DNA from: an uncultured virus (IMG/VR IMGVR_UViG_3300042518_000937)
Taxonomy: Duplodnaviria > Heunggongvirae > Uroviricota > Caudoviricetes
Length of the DNA: 64,000 bases
Reading direction: 5' to 3' (one strand)
IMG/VR virus record: IMGVR_UViG_3300042518_000937
Shown: positions 1 through 10,200 of the stretch, in pieces
Position numbering within the stretch: position 1 is the first letter of the stretch
Layout: each line of letters opens with the position of its first letter
Position numbers and translations under genes: made by a program
The notes under the pieces: model-generated
What the model saw: only the letters and a program-made list of their open reading frames with translations
Database searches by the model: none
What the model was told of the DNA's origin: nothing

Positions 1-368
1 CGTCGGAGTACGACTCGGCGTCGGCGGTCAGGAACGCCTCAAGGTCAGCCCAGACGCCCGACAGCGACACCGCTTCGACTTCGTTGTCTTCTATGTCGGT
101 GCTGACGTCAGAGTACGACTCAGCGTCAGCGGTCAGGAACGCTTCAAGGTCAGCCCAGACGCCCGACAGCGACACCGCTTCGACTTCGTTGTCTTCTATG
201 TCGGTGCTGACGTCGGAGTACGACTCGGCGTCAGCGGTCAGGAACGCCTCAAGCTCGGCCCAGACGCCCGACAGCGACACCGCTTCGACTTCGTTGTCTT
301 CTATGTCGGTGCTGACGTCGGAGTACGACTCGGCGTTAGCGGTCAGGAACGCCTCAAGCTCGGCCCAG
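1..368. repeat. 105-bp tandem repeat, at least 3.5 copies
   Basis: Unit beginning cgtc(g/a)gagtacgactc recurs at 1, 106, 211 and 316. Confidence 0.95.
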
Positions 369-604
369 CCAGTGCTAGTTGAGTCGGTGAACTCAACTCC
401 ACCCAAATCGCTGTCCGCGCTGATGAAGCTGTAAGAAACCGCGTCAGCGGCAGCCGATCCAACCACCACCGGCTCAAGTTGCACGGCATACCAGCCAGTC
501 GGGCGTCCGACCGGCTGGAGCGAGGGGGCATCAGTTCCCGACGCCCACCCGGTGATGCGAGCCGGCCACGGAGCGACCAGAGCCGCATCCGCAACCCAGC
601 CCAT
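1..604 (-). CDS. Minor tail protein with acidic 35-aa tandem repeats (partial, runs off window start)
   Basis: Not in ORF track because no stop is in the window. ATG at 604 overlaps the upstream stop (TGATG). Reads MGWVADAALVAPWP... then repeats WAELEAFLTADAESYSDVSTDIEDNEVEAVSLSGV. Confidence 0.75.
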   Translation of the reverse strand, partial: MGWVADAALVAPWPARITGWASGTDAPSLQPVGRPTGWYAVQLEPVVVGSAAADAVSYSFISADSDLGGVEFTDSTSTGWAELEAFLTANAESYSDVSTDIEDNEVEAVSLSGVWAELEAFLTADAESYSDVSTDIEDNEVEAVSLSGVWADLEAFLTADAESYSDVSTDIEDNEVEAVSLSGVWADLEAFLTADAESYSD

Positions 605-2898
605 CACACGCCTCTGGTCAACGTCATCCAGGTGGTGTCGCCGCCCGCCGATCCAGCAATCTTCACCTGGTTCTTGGAACCGAAACCAACAGCGTACTGC
701 TGGTTGATCCCCGCCGAGTAGAACTGGAACGTCGCCTCAATGCTATTCGGCGCGGTCTGACCGATAGACGCACCAGGGGAGCCGGTCTGCGCCGAACGGA
801 ACAGCAGCCACCGCTCAGACGGCGCGGTTCCGGTGATCCGGTACAGCAGCAGTTCCCACTCATCGAATCCGAGAATGTCGGCCTCGGTGCTGACCCGAAG
901 GCTCAAGGTGTACGGCCCCGGCTTGGCGATCAAAATGACCTGGGTTCCGAACTTCACGTCGAAGGTCACGTCGGGAGAGTTACGGACGATCTGGTTGAAG
1001 GTTCCCGACGGAAGCAGCGCCTCGCCGACCGGCTTGGTGAGTGCGGTCTTGGCGTCGCGAACGACATGCAGGAACGTGCCGATAGTCGGGTCCGGTGGGA
1101 TGTCGGCGACGGTGATGGAGTGGATCGACGACGGAGTTCCCTGGCCTAGTCCGCGGGCCACGGCCTCGCCGCCCCACCCCCAGCCCCGCAGCGAGTCCAG
1201 TGGGGCGCTCACCCCGGCAGTGTCCTCGTGGGCGAGCACGGTGACGTTGTTCCGCAGAACCCGGTAGGAGCGCAAGTCGCCGGGGTCGCCGCACTCGATG
1301 GCATACGACGACCCGGCGGTCGGCTTCGGCCCCGAAGACCGGACTGGCTTTCCGGCCAAGTCCAGAAAATCCTTCTCCCCCGCGCCGACGTTGTAACGCA
1401 GAGTGGTCACGCCATCCCCATCGGTGTAGGCGACGACGTATTTGCTGAAATCGTCGGACACCCGCGCATAGGTGGTGTCGAGAGCGGGCTTGAGGCCCAG
1501 CAGCGGAACGCCAGCCTCGGCCACCTGCGTACCGATGACGCGGCACACTCGCTGATAGGCGGTCTTGGTGTAACGATCGGCAGGGTTGACCCGCAGAAAC
1601 CGAACACGGTTACCAACATTGCCTTTGTCCTGCCAGACCAGCTGTCCGCGGCTGACTCCGTACCCGCCGTTAAGCGCAGGGTCTTTCTCGAACACCCAGT
1701 CCCACAAATCCTGACCGGGCAGGTTGATCTGATCGCGCTCAAAGTCGTCGCCGCTGGCGACAAGGTTGGTCAACCCGCCCTGGACGGCGGTCTGCAACGC
1801 CGCCAGCGCAGTGGTGTTCGCTGCCGTTGTCGCCAACAGTTCGGTGATCTGTTCGGCAGTCAGCTGCGGCGTGGCCTGCTCCTGTGGCTTGCCGGTCAGC
1901 GCCGACAGCAGGGTGTTCCACGATTCCTGCAGACCGGCGAACAGTTGAGCGATGCCGTCAGCTGCGTCGGTCAGCGTCTCGCCCAGGTTGCTCACCCAGT
2001 CGATCTGCAGCAGGCCCTTCTTGCCGGCGAACAGGTTGTCGAACCACACCTTCCCACCGAAGACCTGCGGAAGCACCGCCAGGTGGACGCGGATGCCCAC
2101 CACCCCCTCAGTGGCGGTGTACACCCCCGACCACTGCTGCCAGTCGGTGGTTCCGGTCTGCGACGGCGACGCCAGTGTGACGAAGCGCGGGGCGTCCGAG
2201 CCGTCAGCCTTGGTGTAGCAGGCCACGCCAATCACAATGCCGTTGGCTCCGACCAGGCCCTCGGTCTTAACCCACGACGAAATTTCCAGCGATTGACCTG
2301 TGGTCAGGGGAATGAAATCCGTGGACAGCAAGTCGTGCTGACCGCCGTCGGCGTCGATGCGCGCCGATCCACCGATCCCGTTCTGTGACACCGCCGTGTC
2401 CAGCACCCACGAACCGGGTTGAACGGTGCTGATCGGTGCCGACCCGGTGAACATGGGATTCGACAGAAGGTTGGTGGCACCGTCGGTGAGATGGGAAATC
2501 GGCAGCACCGGCACCCGATCGGGCATGACGATGCCGAACACCGTTTCCAGCACCCATTCGCCAAGGCCAACCAGGGTGATGGTTTCGGGATTCGGAGCGC
2601 CCAATATCTTGGCGACTACCGTGACGATGTTCTGGAAGACATCGCTGAGGGTCGGAAGGTTATTGGCCCATCCCGAAAGCTGGTCGAGCGCCGCGCCGAA
2701 CGGGCCGGGAACGAACAGCCCGCGGACGGCCTGCACCACCGCCGAGATGATGCTCTCCAGCAGCTGTTCGCGCATCTGCCGCAGCTGATCCTCGGACAGC
2801 GCATCCCACTGCTGCGTGTTGCCGGGAAGCTGCCCATGAGCGACGTCCCCGAACGGAACCGGGTTGAGCCAGTCTGGATTCGAACCGTTGACGGTCAC
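604..2898 (-). CDS. Minor tail protein with probable carbohydrate-binding jelly-roll segment
   Basis: Long ORF in tail operon; NLLSNPMF...W...VWFDN pattern typical of CBM-like tail domains; GTG at 2898 overlaps upstream TGA. Confidence 0.75.
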   Translation of the reverse strand: MTVNGSNPDWLNPVPFGDVAHGQLPGNTQQWDALSEDQLRQMREQLLESIISAVVQAVRGLFVPGPFGAALDQLSGWANNLPTLSDVFQNIVTVVAKILGAPNPETITLVGLGEWVLETVFGIVMPDRVPVLPISHLTDGATNLLSNPMFTGSAPISTVQPGSWVLDTAVSQNGIGGSARIDADGGQHDLLSTDFIPLTTGQSLEISSWVKTEGLVGANGIVIGVACYTKADGSDAPRFVTLASPSQTGTTDWQQWSGVYTATEGVVGIRVHLAVLPQVFGGKVWFDNLFAGKKGLLQIDWVSNLGETLTDAADGIAQLFAGLQESWNTLLSALTGKPQEQATPQLTAEQITELLATTAANTTALAALQTAVQGGLTNLVASGDDFERDQINLPGQDLWDWVFEKDPALNGGYGVSRGQLVWQDKGNVGNRVRFLRVNPADRYTKTAYQRVCRVIGTQVAEAGVPLLGLKPALDTTYARVSDDFSKYVVAYTDGDGVTTLRYNVGAGEKDFLDLAGKPVRSSGPKPTAGSSYAIECGDPGDLRSYRVLRNNVTVLAHEDTAGVSAPLDSLRGWGWGGEAVARGLGQGTPSSIHSITVADIPPDPTIGTFLHVVRDAKTALTKPVGEALLPSGTFNQIVRNSPDVTFDVKFGTQVILIAKPGPYTLSLRVSTEADILGFDEWELLLYRITGTAPSERWLLFRSAQTGSPGASIGQTAPNSIEATFQFYSAGINQQYAVGFGSKNQVKIAGSAGGDTTWMTLTRGV

Positions 2899-3743
2899 GG
2901 GACAGAGCACACCCTGACACTGAACTCTGTGGCGGAGCCGACGGTGCTAAACGTCTGCGAACCGCTCTGCCGTTCAGCCCGCAGAAAGATCGTCGCAGCA
3001 GCGCCGGCCGCGATCTTGTTGTAGTCAGCGGGGGAGCCTGACGGGGGGCCGGACACAAGGACGGTGGGAGAACCGTCGGCGTTCTGCCCGATCTTGCCCC
3101 GGCCCCGACCGAGAATCTTGCCTGCGGCTTGATCGTTCAAGCGGGCGATCAGATCGACCTGAACGTCGGGGCCGGTACCACTGACCACACACCAGCCCGA
3201 CACCTGCGGTCGCCACGCGAACGGCTGCGCCGGAATCGACACCTGGCACAGCGTGTACGCCGGGTTGCCGGTCGGCGTGTTGTTGACCAGCGCAGGCCAA
3301 TACTCATCCCCGGCTTTCTGGTTGACGTACTCGTACCCGCTGCCGGTGCCCTTGACGGCGATGACCTTCCCCGCCATAGGGGCACCGGCCAAGTCGTCAG
3401 CGTCGGCGAGGTTGAAGGAAGCGGCGTCGCCTTTCTCCCCTTTGTGCAGCGCAAGATTGAGCTTGTAGGTGTTGGCTCCGACTTTCGTCCACGACGCCGA
3501 ATCCGGGGTGGGGTCACCAGCGGGAAGCGGGGTGAAGTTGATCGCCGTTTCGATGACAGGGGCTGGACCGGGGTCGCCCTGAACCAGGCCGGGGAAAGAA
3601 CCCAGCCCGCCATCCGGCGCTGCCACCGCGATGAACATGCTGGAGTTGGGGTCCCAGTCCAGCGGGATGCGGAACTTCGCCACGTCGATGACAAGGTATT
3701 CCTTCCCGTCGATCGTTGTGGTTGTCCAGTTCGTCACCGGCAT
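2895..3743 (-). CDS. Minor tail protein
   Basis: Tail operon position; short collagen-like GEKGD/GDPGP segments; GAAAGG RBS ahead of ATG 3743. Confidence 0.75.
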   Translation of the reverse strand: MPVTNWTTTTIDGKEYLVIDVAKFRIPLDWDPNSSMFIAVAAPDGGLGSFPGLVQGDPGPAPVIETAINFTPLPAGDPTPDSASWTKVGANTYKLNLALHKGEKGDAASFNLADADDLAGAPMAGKVIAVKGTGSGYEYVNQKAGDEYWPALVNNTPTGNPAYTLCQVSIPAQPFAWRPQVSGWCVVSGTGPDVQVDLIARLNDQAAGKILGRGRGKIGQNADGSPTVLVSGPPSGSPADYNKIAAGAAATIFLRAERQSGSQTFSTVGSATEFSVRVCSVP

Positions 3744-3786
3744 GATCGCCATCCTTTCGGGTGTTGCGTTCTGCAACACCCCCTCA

Positions 3787-5493
3787 TTAGCTCTGGGGAG
3801 CGAGCGTAAGCACGTTGACCGACTCCAAGATGCCGGTGATGAACCGTTGATGTTTCGCCAGTGGCGACTCTTCAGCCTTCCCGTCACCTATCTGCAAAAG
3901 AATATCGCGCTTGTTGGTGTCGATCTGGAACGTGACCTGTTCGATGTAGTCGGTGAAGATTCGGGTCCGATCCATGTACAGCACCGAAACCAGCCCACCG
4001 CGGAACACGTCCTTGCCCAGTGTGTACACCTCCGCGTTGCGGAAAGTGGCGATCACCGACACCCAGCCGCGGGATTCCCACAGGGCGTTGATGAAACCGA
4101 ACAGCGTTTCGACGTTGTACGGCGAGGAAGCAGTCGCATGGAACACTTCGACACCTGGGTGATACGGACCGACTTCATCCCGGCGGCCATAATGCTGCGC
4201 CATCTGAAACGCCAGAATGGTGTTGTTGAGGAACCCTTCCAGCAGGTTCGATGGGATGCCGGTGAAGCCGATCAAGATGGAAATGGCGTCGATGATCCAG
4301 GCGTAGGTTGCATTCATCAGGTCGTTCAGCCACTTCGGTGAGCGACCGCCGATGATGTGCTGCCACCCTTTCGGGGTGTGGAAGCTGATCCGGCAACTGA
4401 GAATGTTGCCTTTCTTGCCCGACTCCGGTGCGATCAACACCGCCCACGGCTCGACGTAATCGACACCCAAGCTCGGGGCGATGAACACGCCGTCCCGGCC
4501 GGGGATTTTCTGAATGAACGGCAGGATGCCTTCGAAGAACGAACCGGACACGTCCACAACCTGACGTATCGCCGAGTCGATGACCGTCCCGGTGGGGCCT
4601 TGGATCTGCGAGCGGTCCTTGACCGACACGACATACGTCGGCTGGGTGAGCGCCAGATTGGGAAACGTCTTCGTCCAATAGTCAGGCTGGTCATCGCCGG
4701 GTAGCCACAGATCGACATTGACGTTGACCCCGTAAGAGCGGGTGATGTCTTCGATGACCGCGCCGCACGTTTCCATGCGGACGGTGCGGGCGACCAGCGG
4801 GCTGGTGTCGAGGAACGGGTTGGTCCGCACTACATAGATGGGCGTTTTCAACATCTGGAAGATGTTGCCGTTGGACTGCAGAAGCGTCCCGAACCAGGCC
4901 CGAATGTTGGGGTTGAGGCTTCCCGCGTTGTTGATGAACTCCCACAGGCCAGCTTGAATCCGCAGCGCGTTCTCCGAAATCATCGCCTCGGTCACTGTGC
5001 ACAGGGGTCCGATGAATACGGCGTGCGACAACAGCTGGAACTGTATCGGCAGCCACCAGTTCGGCCAGACCACCAGATAGTTCAGGATGTCGTAGATGCC
5101 GTTGAGGTTGGCGGTGCCTACCCACGCGCCGTTGTCGAACTCGTAGTCGAACGTGTCAACGTAGAAAGCAAACCGGATGCCAGCGGTTTCGACGATGACA
5201 CCGACGTGCGTCGAGGCGCATTGCATGAAGGTGTTGGTGAGCCACGAATCGCCCTTGATCTTCAACTGGGCGGTGGGCATCTTGTTGCGGGGATCGGTGC
5301 CCTGCAACGAGATCATATCGTCGCCCAGTTCACCGACCTTCACCCACATCTTGTCGTGCACCGAAACATGCCAGGTCTGATCGACTGCGGAACTCTGACT
5401 GGCGAGGGTTTCGGCGGCGGTCGAGGAAGTGATGAGATCGCCGTACAGTAAGTCCTGCTTGAGCAGTTCCAGGTCTTTCTTCACAGAGGCCAC
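3787..5493 (-). CDS. Minor tail protein (baseplate hub-like)
   Basis: 568 aa; second gene after tape measure; GGRSPKWLNDL and LQIGDGKAEE motifs like mycobacteriophage minor tail proteins. Confidence 0.8.
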   Translation of the reverse strand: MASVKKDLELLKQDLLYGDLITSSTAAETLASQSSAVDQTWHVSVHDKMWVKVGELGDDMISLQGTDPRNKMPTAQLKIKGDSWLTNTFMQCASTHVGVIVETAGIRFAFYVDTFDYEFDNGAWVGTANLNGIYDILNYLVVWPNWWLPIQFQLLSHAVFIGPLCTVTEAMISENALRIQAGLWEFINNAGSLNPNIRAWFGTLLQSNGNIFQMLKTPIYVVRTNPFLDTSPLVARTVRMETCGAVIEDITRSYGVNVNVDLWLPGDDQPDYWTKTFPNLALTQPTYVVSVKDRSQIQGPTGTVIDSAIRQVVDVSGSFFEGILPFIQKIPGRDGVFIAPSLGVDYVEPWAVLIAPESGKKGNILSCRISFHTPKGWQHIIGGRSPKWLNDLMNATYAWIIDAISILIGFTGIPSNLLEGFLNNTILAFQMAQHYGRRDEVGPYHPGVEVFHATASSPYNVETLFGFINALWESRGWVSVIATFRNAEVYTLGKDVFRGGLVSVLYMDRTRIFTDYIEQVTFQIDTNKRDILLQIGDGKAEESPLAKHQRFITGILESVNVLTLAPQS

Positions 5494-7196
5494 CGTCTTA
5501 GGGGTGTGCCTGCCACGACAATTCTGGAGTCGGCGTTGCCGTCCACGACCTCGACAAGAACCTTGTGTTCCCGAACCGGGCCGGCAACCGGCTTCGGCGG
5601 GATCGGCTCAGCGAACCTGCCTTTCAGCAGGCTGTACATGTTCCCCTGCGGTGGCTTGATCCCGAACTTCGACAGCATTTCCTCTTCAAGGGGAGAGACG
5701 TTGTTGCCGGAAGCGAACGAGACGTAATCCTTGATCGCCTTCTGCCACCACTTGAGTTCCTGCGGGCTGGGCGGCGTGGCCGTCAGATCGACAACGCCCC
5801 GCTTGCGGGGGTCCGCGCGTATCTGCACGATCTGGCCCGGCAACAGCGGCCCGAACTCCACCATGTCGGTACTGCCTGGACCGGCGCCGATGCGGAACAG
5901 CCCAGGGCCGTACAGGGTGTAACGATCCCACATGGGCTGATCGCCCACGTTGACCCGAGTGAGCACACCCGACTGGGTTTGCGTGGCGTTGTCGCCTCCC
6001 CAGAACCTCCGCACGGAAGCTGGCGGAAGCTCCACGAACGCCCCGGTGCCAGACTCCATGCCGAAACCCATGCCACGATAGGCCGCGCCCAGCTTCGATC
6101 CGGTGCCAGGCTCCTTGATGGTCTCCACCGGAATCATGCCTTGTACGCCGCGAAACACTCGATACGTCCTGGGGTCGCCATCGACGCCGGCCATGAAGCC
6201 CCACACTTCGCCGGGGATAGGCGGAACTATGGGCCTGGTTCGCAGCGTTGTCTCGACACCGTTGATGAAATACGACACCTCAATGTTGAAAATCTGAATC
6301 CGAAGGCGCAGCCCAGTCAGGCCTGGCGTCCCGTTATCCATGCGAAGCCAGATGTCGTTGTACGCCTCGTCGAAGAAGCTCCACGTCGGAAACGATCCGA
6401 ACTTCATGAAGGCGATCTGATTGTCAGTCTTGGTGGCGAACCCGGTGCGCCGCAAAGTCGCCGTGCGGCCCTGCCTGGTGCCACCGAGCGACCACTTTGC
6501 CTCCCAGTCCCCCTGTCCGAAAATGGACTGCGCTATGCCGGTGTACTGGGGCGACGCTTTCACCGTGCCAGCGCCCGAACCCTTGTAGGCGATCGTCCAC
6601 TTTGACAGATCCCTGAACTCTTCGTCGAGTTGGTCGAAGCCGAACCGGAACTCGTCGGTGTGATCGTAGGACCGCCAAAACGCATCCTCGGCCTTAAACG
6701 GCCAGGTGAACTCCTGGACGGTGAAGTTGCCGCCGCGAATCTTGTCGACCGGATTGCGGGTCCACCGCACCGAGGCCCACCAGCGACCAGCATGGTGATC
6801 GAAGAACGACAACTCGCCAGGCTCCTTGGCGTCCCACGCGGCGATCCAGTCGCGGATCAGCTGGGCGGTGCTTTCCGGCGTCTTTCCGCTGGCGATGACG
6901 GTCATGTCTGCGTCGATCGGATCGTAGAGCGCGTCGATGAACGTGGTGCCGTCCTGGGTGGCACCTTTCTGTTCGATGGGCGCCCACGGAGCGATCAACC
7001 CACTGAGCGACTTGAGCCGAATCGACTCCGGCGCAGCGTGCCGGTCGGGGATCGACATGCCGCCCATCAGGTGATAGACGGCAGTGTCGTCGTAGGACCG
7101 ATACGCCATGTTCGGCTTCTTGCCGCTCAGCAGATAGTAGGCACCGTGCGGCGTGATGGGGTTCGCCGGATACCGGCGCTTTATGTTTCCTGCCAT
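5481..7196 (-). CDS. Minor tail protein (distal tail-like)
   Basis: 571 aa immediately downstream of tape measure; YPANPITPHGAY N-terminus and GTPLRRWPL C-terminus. Confidence 0.8.
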   Translation of the reverse strand: MAGNIKRRYPANPITPHGAYYLLSGKKPNMAYRSYDDTAVYHLMGGMSIPDRHAAPESIRLKSLSGLIAPWAPIEQKGATQDGTTFIDALYDPIDADMTVIASGKTPESTAQLIRDWIAAWDAKEPGELSFFDHHAGRWWASVRWTRNPVDKIRGGNFTVQEFTWPFKAEDAFWRSYDHTDEFRFGFDQLDEEFRDLSKWTIAYKGSGAGTVKASPQYTGIAQSIFGQGDWEAKWSLGGTRQGRTATLRRTGFATKTDNQIAFMKFGSFPTWSFFDEAYNDIWLRMDNGTPGLTGLRLRIQIFNIEVSYFINGVETTLRTRPIVPPIPGEVWGFMAGVDGDPRTYRVFRGVQGMIPVETIKEPGTGSKLGAAYRGMGFGMESGTGAFVELPPASVRRFWGGDNATQTQSGVLTRVNVGDQPMWDRYTLYGPGLFRIGAGPGSTDMVEFGPLLPGQIVQIRADPRKRGVVDLTATPPSPQELKWWQKAIKDYVSFASGNNVSPLEEEMLSKFGIKPPQGNMYSLLKGRFAEPIPPKPVAGPVREHKVLVEVVDGNADSRIVVAGTPLRRWPL

Positions 7197-7251
7197 AGCC
7201 GCCCCTCAGTAGATGGGTGTTGCGTTTCGCAACACCCCCCGATCATTCTCA

Positions 7252-10200
7252 TCACCGTGCCCCCGGTGCGGGCTGGTACCGGGCGAGGTCTTGACCGGCG
7301 CGGTCCTCGTTCTGCGCAACAACGTAGTTCTCGATGTTGACCCCGGTGTACGGCCCGGCGGGTGCGCCTGCGCCGGTGTGCTGGCTCCGGTTGGGGTCCA
7401 TGCCCTGCGCGGCAATCTGCTCGGGGGTGGGCGGCCCACCGACACCGGCGAGGGTGGACTGATTCGACGCACCGGCACCACCGGCCAGGTTGGCGATGGT
7501 CGGTGCCGCGCCAGCGATGCCGCCGAGGAACCTGGTGGCCCAATTGTTCTGCGCCAACTCCGAACCACCGGCGGGGAGAAAGGTTTCCAGCATGCCCTGA
7601 CCGGCGATGCTGGCGACCTGCCCCGCGTACTCGATGGCACGGTTCAGTTCCTCAAACCCGATCTGCATCGCCGCGCTGGCCACAGCAGCACCCGCAGAAC
7701 CGCCGCCCATAGCACCCGCCGCGTCGCCAGCCATGCCCGCCATCTGCACCGCAGACGTTGCCGCGCCCTGCGCCAGCCCGACGAGGCCACCGCCGACACT
7801 CAGGCCGCCGCCGTACCCCTGGGGTGCTTCGACTTGAGCGCCGATGACCGTGCCGGGGGTTTCCACACCGCCAGGCAGGGCAGTCTGCGGAAGCTGCGCC
7901 GGGTCGGAAACACCGGGAACCGCAGGTGGCACAGGCACGTCGGGAGCCTCCGCGGCGAGCGGAGGCCCCTGCGGGGCCGGCGGGGTAGACGCAGACGGCG
8001 CGGACGACGCAGGCGGCGCAGGGGCCTTGGGCGGCTTGGGGGGCGGCGGGGGCGGCGGGGGCGCAGGCGGAGGCGGAGAGTCCCCCACTCCGAGCAGTTC
8101 GCCCAGGTTTGTTGGCCTGACCGGCTCCCCGCCGTTTTCGTAGCGGTGCAGCGAGCGGCGGAAGTTGTAGACCGCGGCTTGCCCGCCCATTGCATTCACG
8201 TCATCGCGGGTCAGAACATGCTCGCCGCTGTGCGCCATGATCGGCACCTCGCCGCCGGTGGCGTACTTCGGCAGGGGCGGGCCGTACACCGGCCCCGAAG
8301 AACGACTTGGCTGCTGCCGAGCGGACTGTGGAATGCCTGTACCCGCGACAAGCCCCCGGCCCCTGCTAGCCGCGAAGGCTTCGGCCGCCGACACCGAGTA
8401 CATGCTGCCGTCAGCAGTGTCCGACAGGTTAACCCGGCCAGACTTCGGGTCATACCCGGTAACGGCGATGAAGTGACCGGACTCAAAGCTTCTGCCCGCT
8501 ATCGACGAACCGGGGGCGACATTCAGCACCCCGCCGATGCCCTTGTTCACGGAATCCTGAACCGCCTTGTACAGCGCATCGGCGCTGCCGCCGGAGCCAG
8601 GCATCGCAACATAGCCGCCGCTAGGGTTGAGGCGATTAAGGCCAGAGGCCAGGGAATCAATGCTGCCGCCTCGGGCGATGGTTCTTTCGATCTGATCCTG
8701 GGTCATCGACACACCGGACGCCGACAAGATGATCTGCGCTGCAGCGTCGATGCAGTTGTTGGCGTACTTCTGCGCGGCCACCGGGATGGTGGACAGGTTG
8801 ATTCCGCGGAGTCTGCTCTTGGGATCGCCAGGGCCGGAGCCGTACCCGACACCACCGAGATTCGGGCGCCTGGTCGACTGATACGCATCGCCGCCTTGGG
8901 GCATAACCGGCAGCGCACCGCCGGGGGTCGACGAATCCAGCTGAAGATAACTGGGGGTGTAACCCTCGTAGCCGGGGGCGAAGCGCTGATTCTGCCCCCC
9001 CTGCGGCGGATTGGGGTCCAGCGGACCACCCTTGTAGTAGCCCATCGACGACGCGATCATGCCCGTCAAGCCGGAACCGGCACCCTCCCCCTGAGGGAAT
9101 CCCAGCCCTGCCTGCGCGCCGCGGATCGCGCCGAACACCGGAGCGAGCGCCATGTTGGCAAGGAACTTCGTGATGTTCTCGGCGATCCCCGGCAGACCCT
9201 TGCTGATGCCGAAGTCCTTGTCGATCTCCGCGCCGAAGTCGCCGAGCGCGTCCCTGGCTTTATCGGTCTCAGTCTTGAGCTTCTCAACGTCGCCGGTCTG
9301 AGCCTTGCCCAACGCGCTCAGGGCCTTGTGCAGACCGAGCTTCTGATCCAGAACCTTGCGCTCGAGGTCGTGAATCTCTTCCTCGCTCATGAGGCCCGAC
9401 TGCCTGGCGGCCAGCAAATCCTTGTTGGCTTCCTCAAGGTCTCTGGCCTTGTCTGTCACCGCCAGTTGCGCGTCGAACACCGCCTCGGGGTCAACCATGT
9501 TCGCGCCGTACCCGGTCAGCTGACCGAACGAGTTGTACTGCGGCATGATCGGACCCTTGATGCTGGGCGTCCCCGGCACCCCGCCTGCCGGGTACTGCGG
9601 CATCCCGTTCGACCCCATCGGCAACATCGGCTTGAGCTTCTGGCCGGTAATCGGATCGGTGAACGGATCGACGGCATACGAATCCTTCGGAAGCTCGCCC
9701 CGGAGCTTGTTGAGGATTTCGGTGTCCGTCAGAGCCTTGCCGTTTTCATCCAGCGGGACGTTCGGCGGCGTGAACTCGAAACTCGGGTCGTAGCCAGGCA
9801 TGTCGGGCCACGAGGGCATAGCCGGGTTTTCGCCTGCCGGATACCAGTCCTTGTAGAAGTTGCCGGTGCCCGGCGTAGCCGGGGGCGACTCGCCAGTCAG
9901 TATGTCCAGACTGCTCTGATTTGACGGGTAGCCGCGGCCCCCATTCAGGATCTTGTCGAGCCAGTAAGCAGGATTCAGCATCTTGCCCATGTCGAACCCG
10001 TTGGCTATCGCGTCGATAGTGTCGTTGGTGCCTTGAGAGTTGTCCGAACTCTTGAAAGAGCGAATCCCCTTATTAATAGCCTCGGCGATTCCTATCCCCA
10101 GCCCAATCCAACCAGCGCCCCTGATTGCGGTGATCAGCTTAGAATTAAAACCCTTACCTGCCGCCGTACCGGCGGCGGCGAACGTCGCGGCGGTAGTCGC

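Noticed and set aside
1..434. Plus-strand ORF 84-434 and the 105-bp repeat as an array or separate gene
   Set aside because: Units have no spacers, and the minus-strand frame from ATG 604 fits the operon, the TGATG overlap and the substitution pattern
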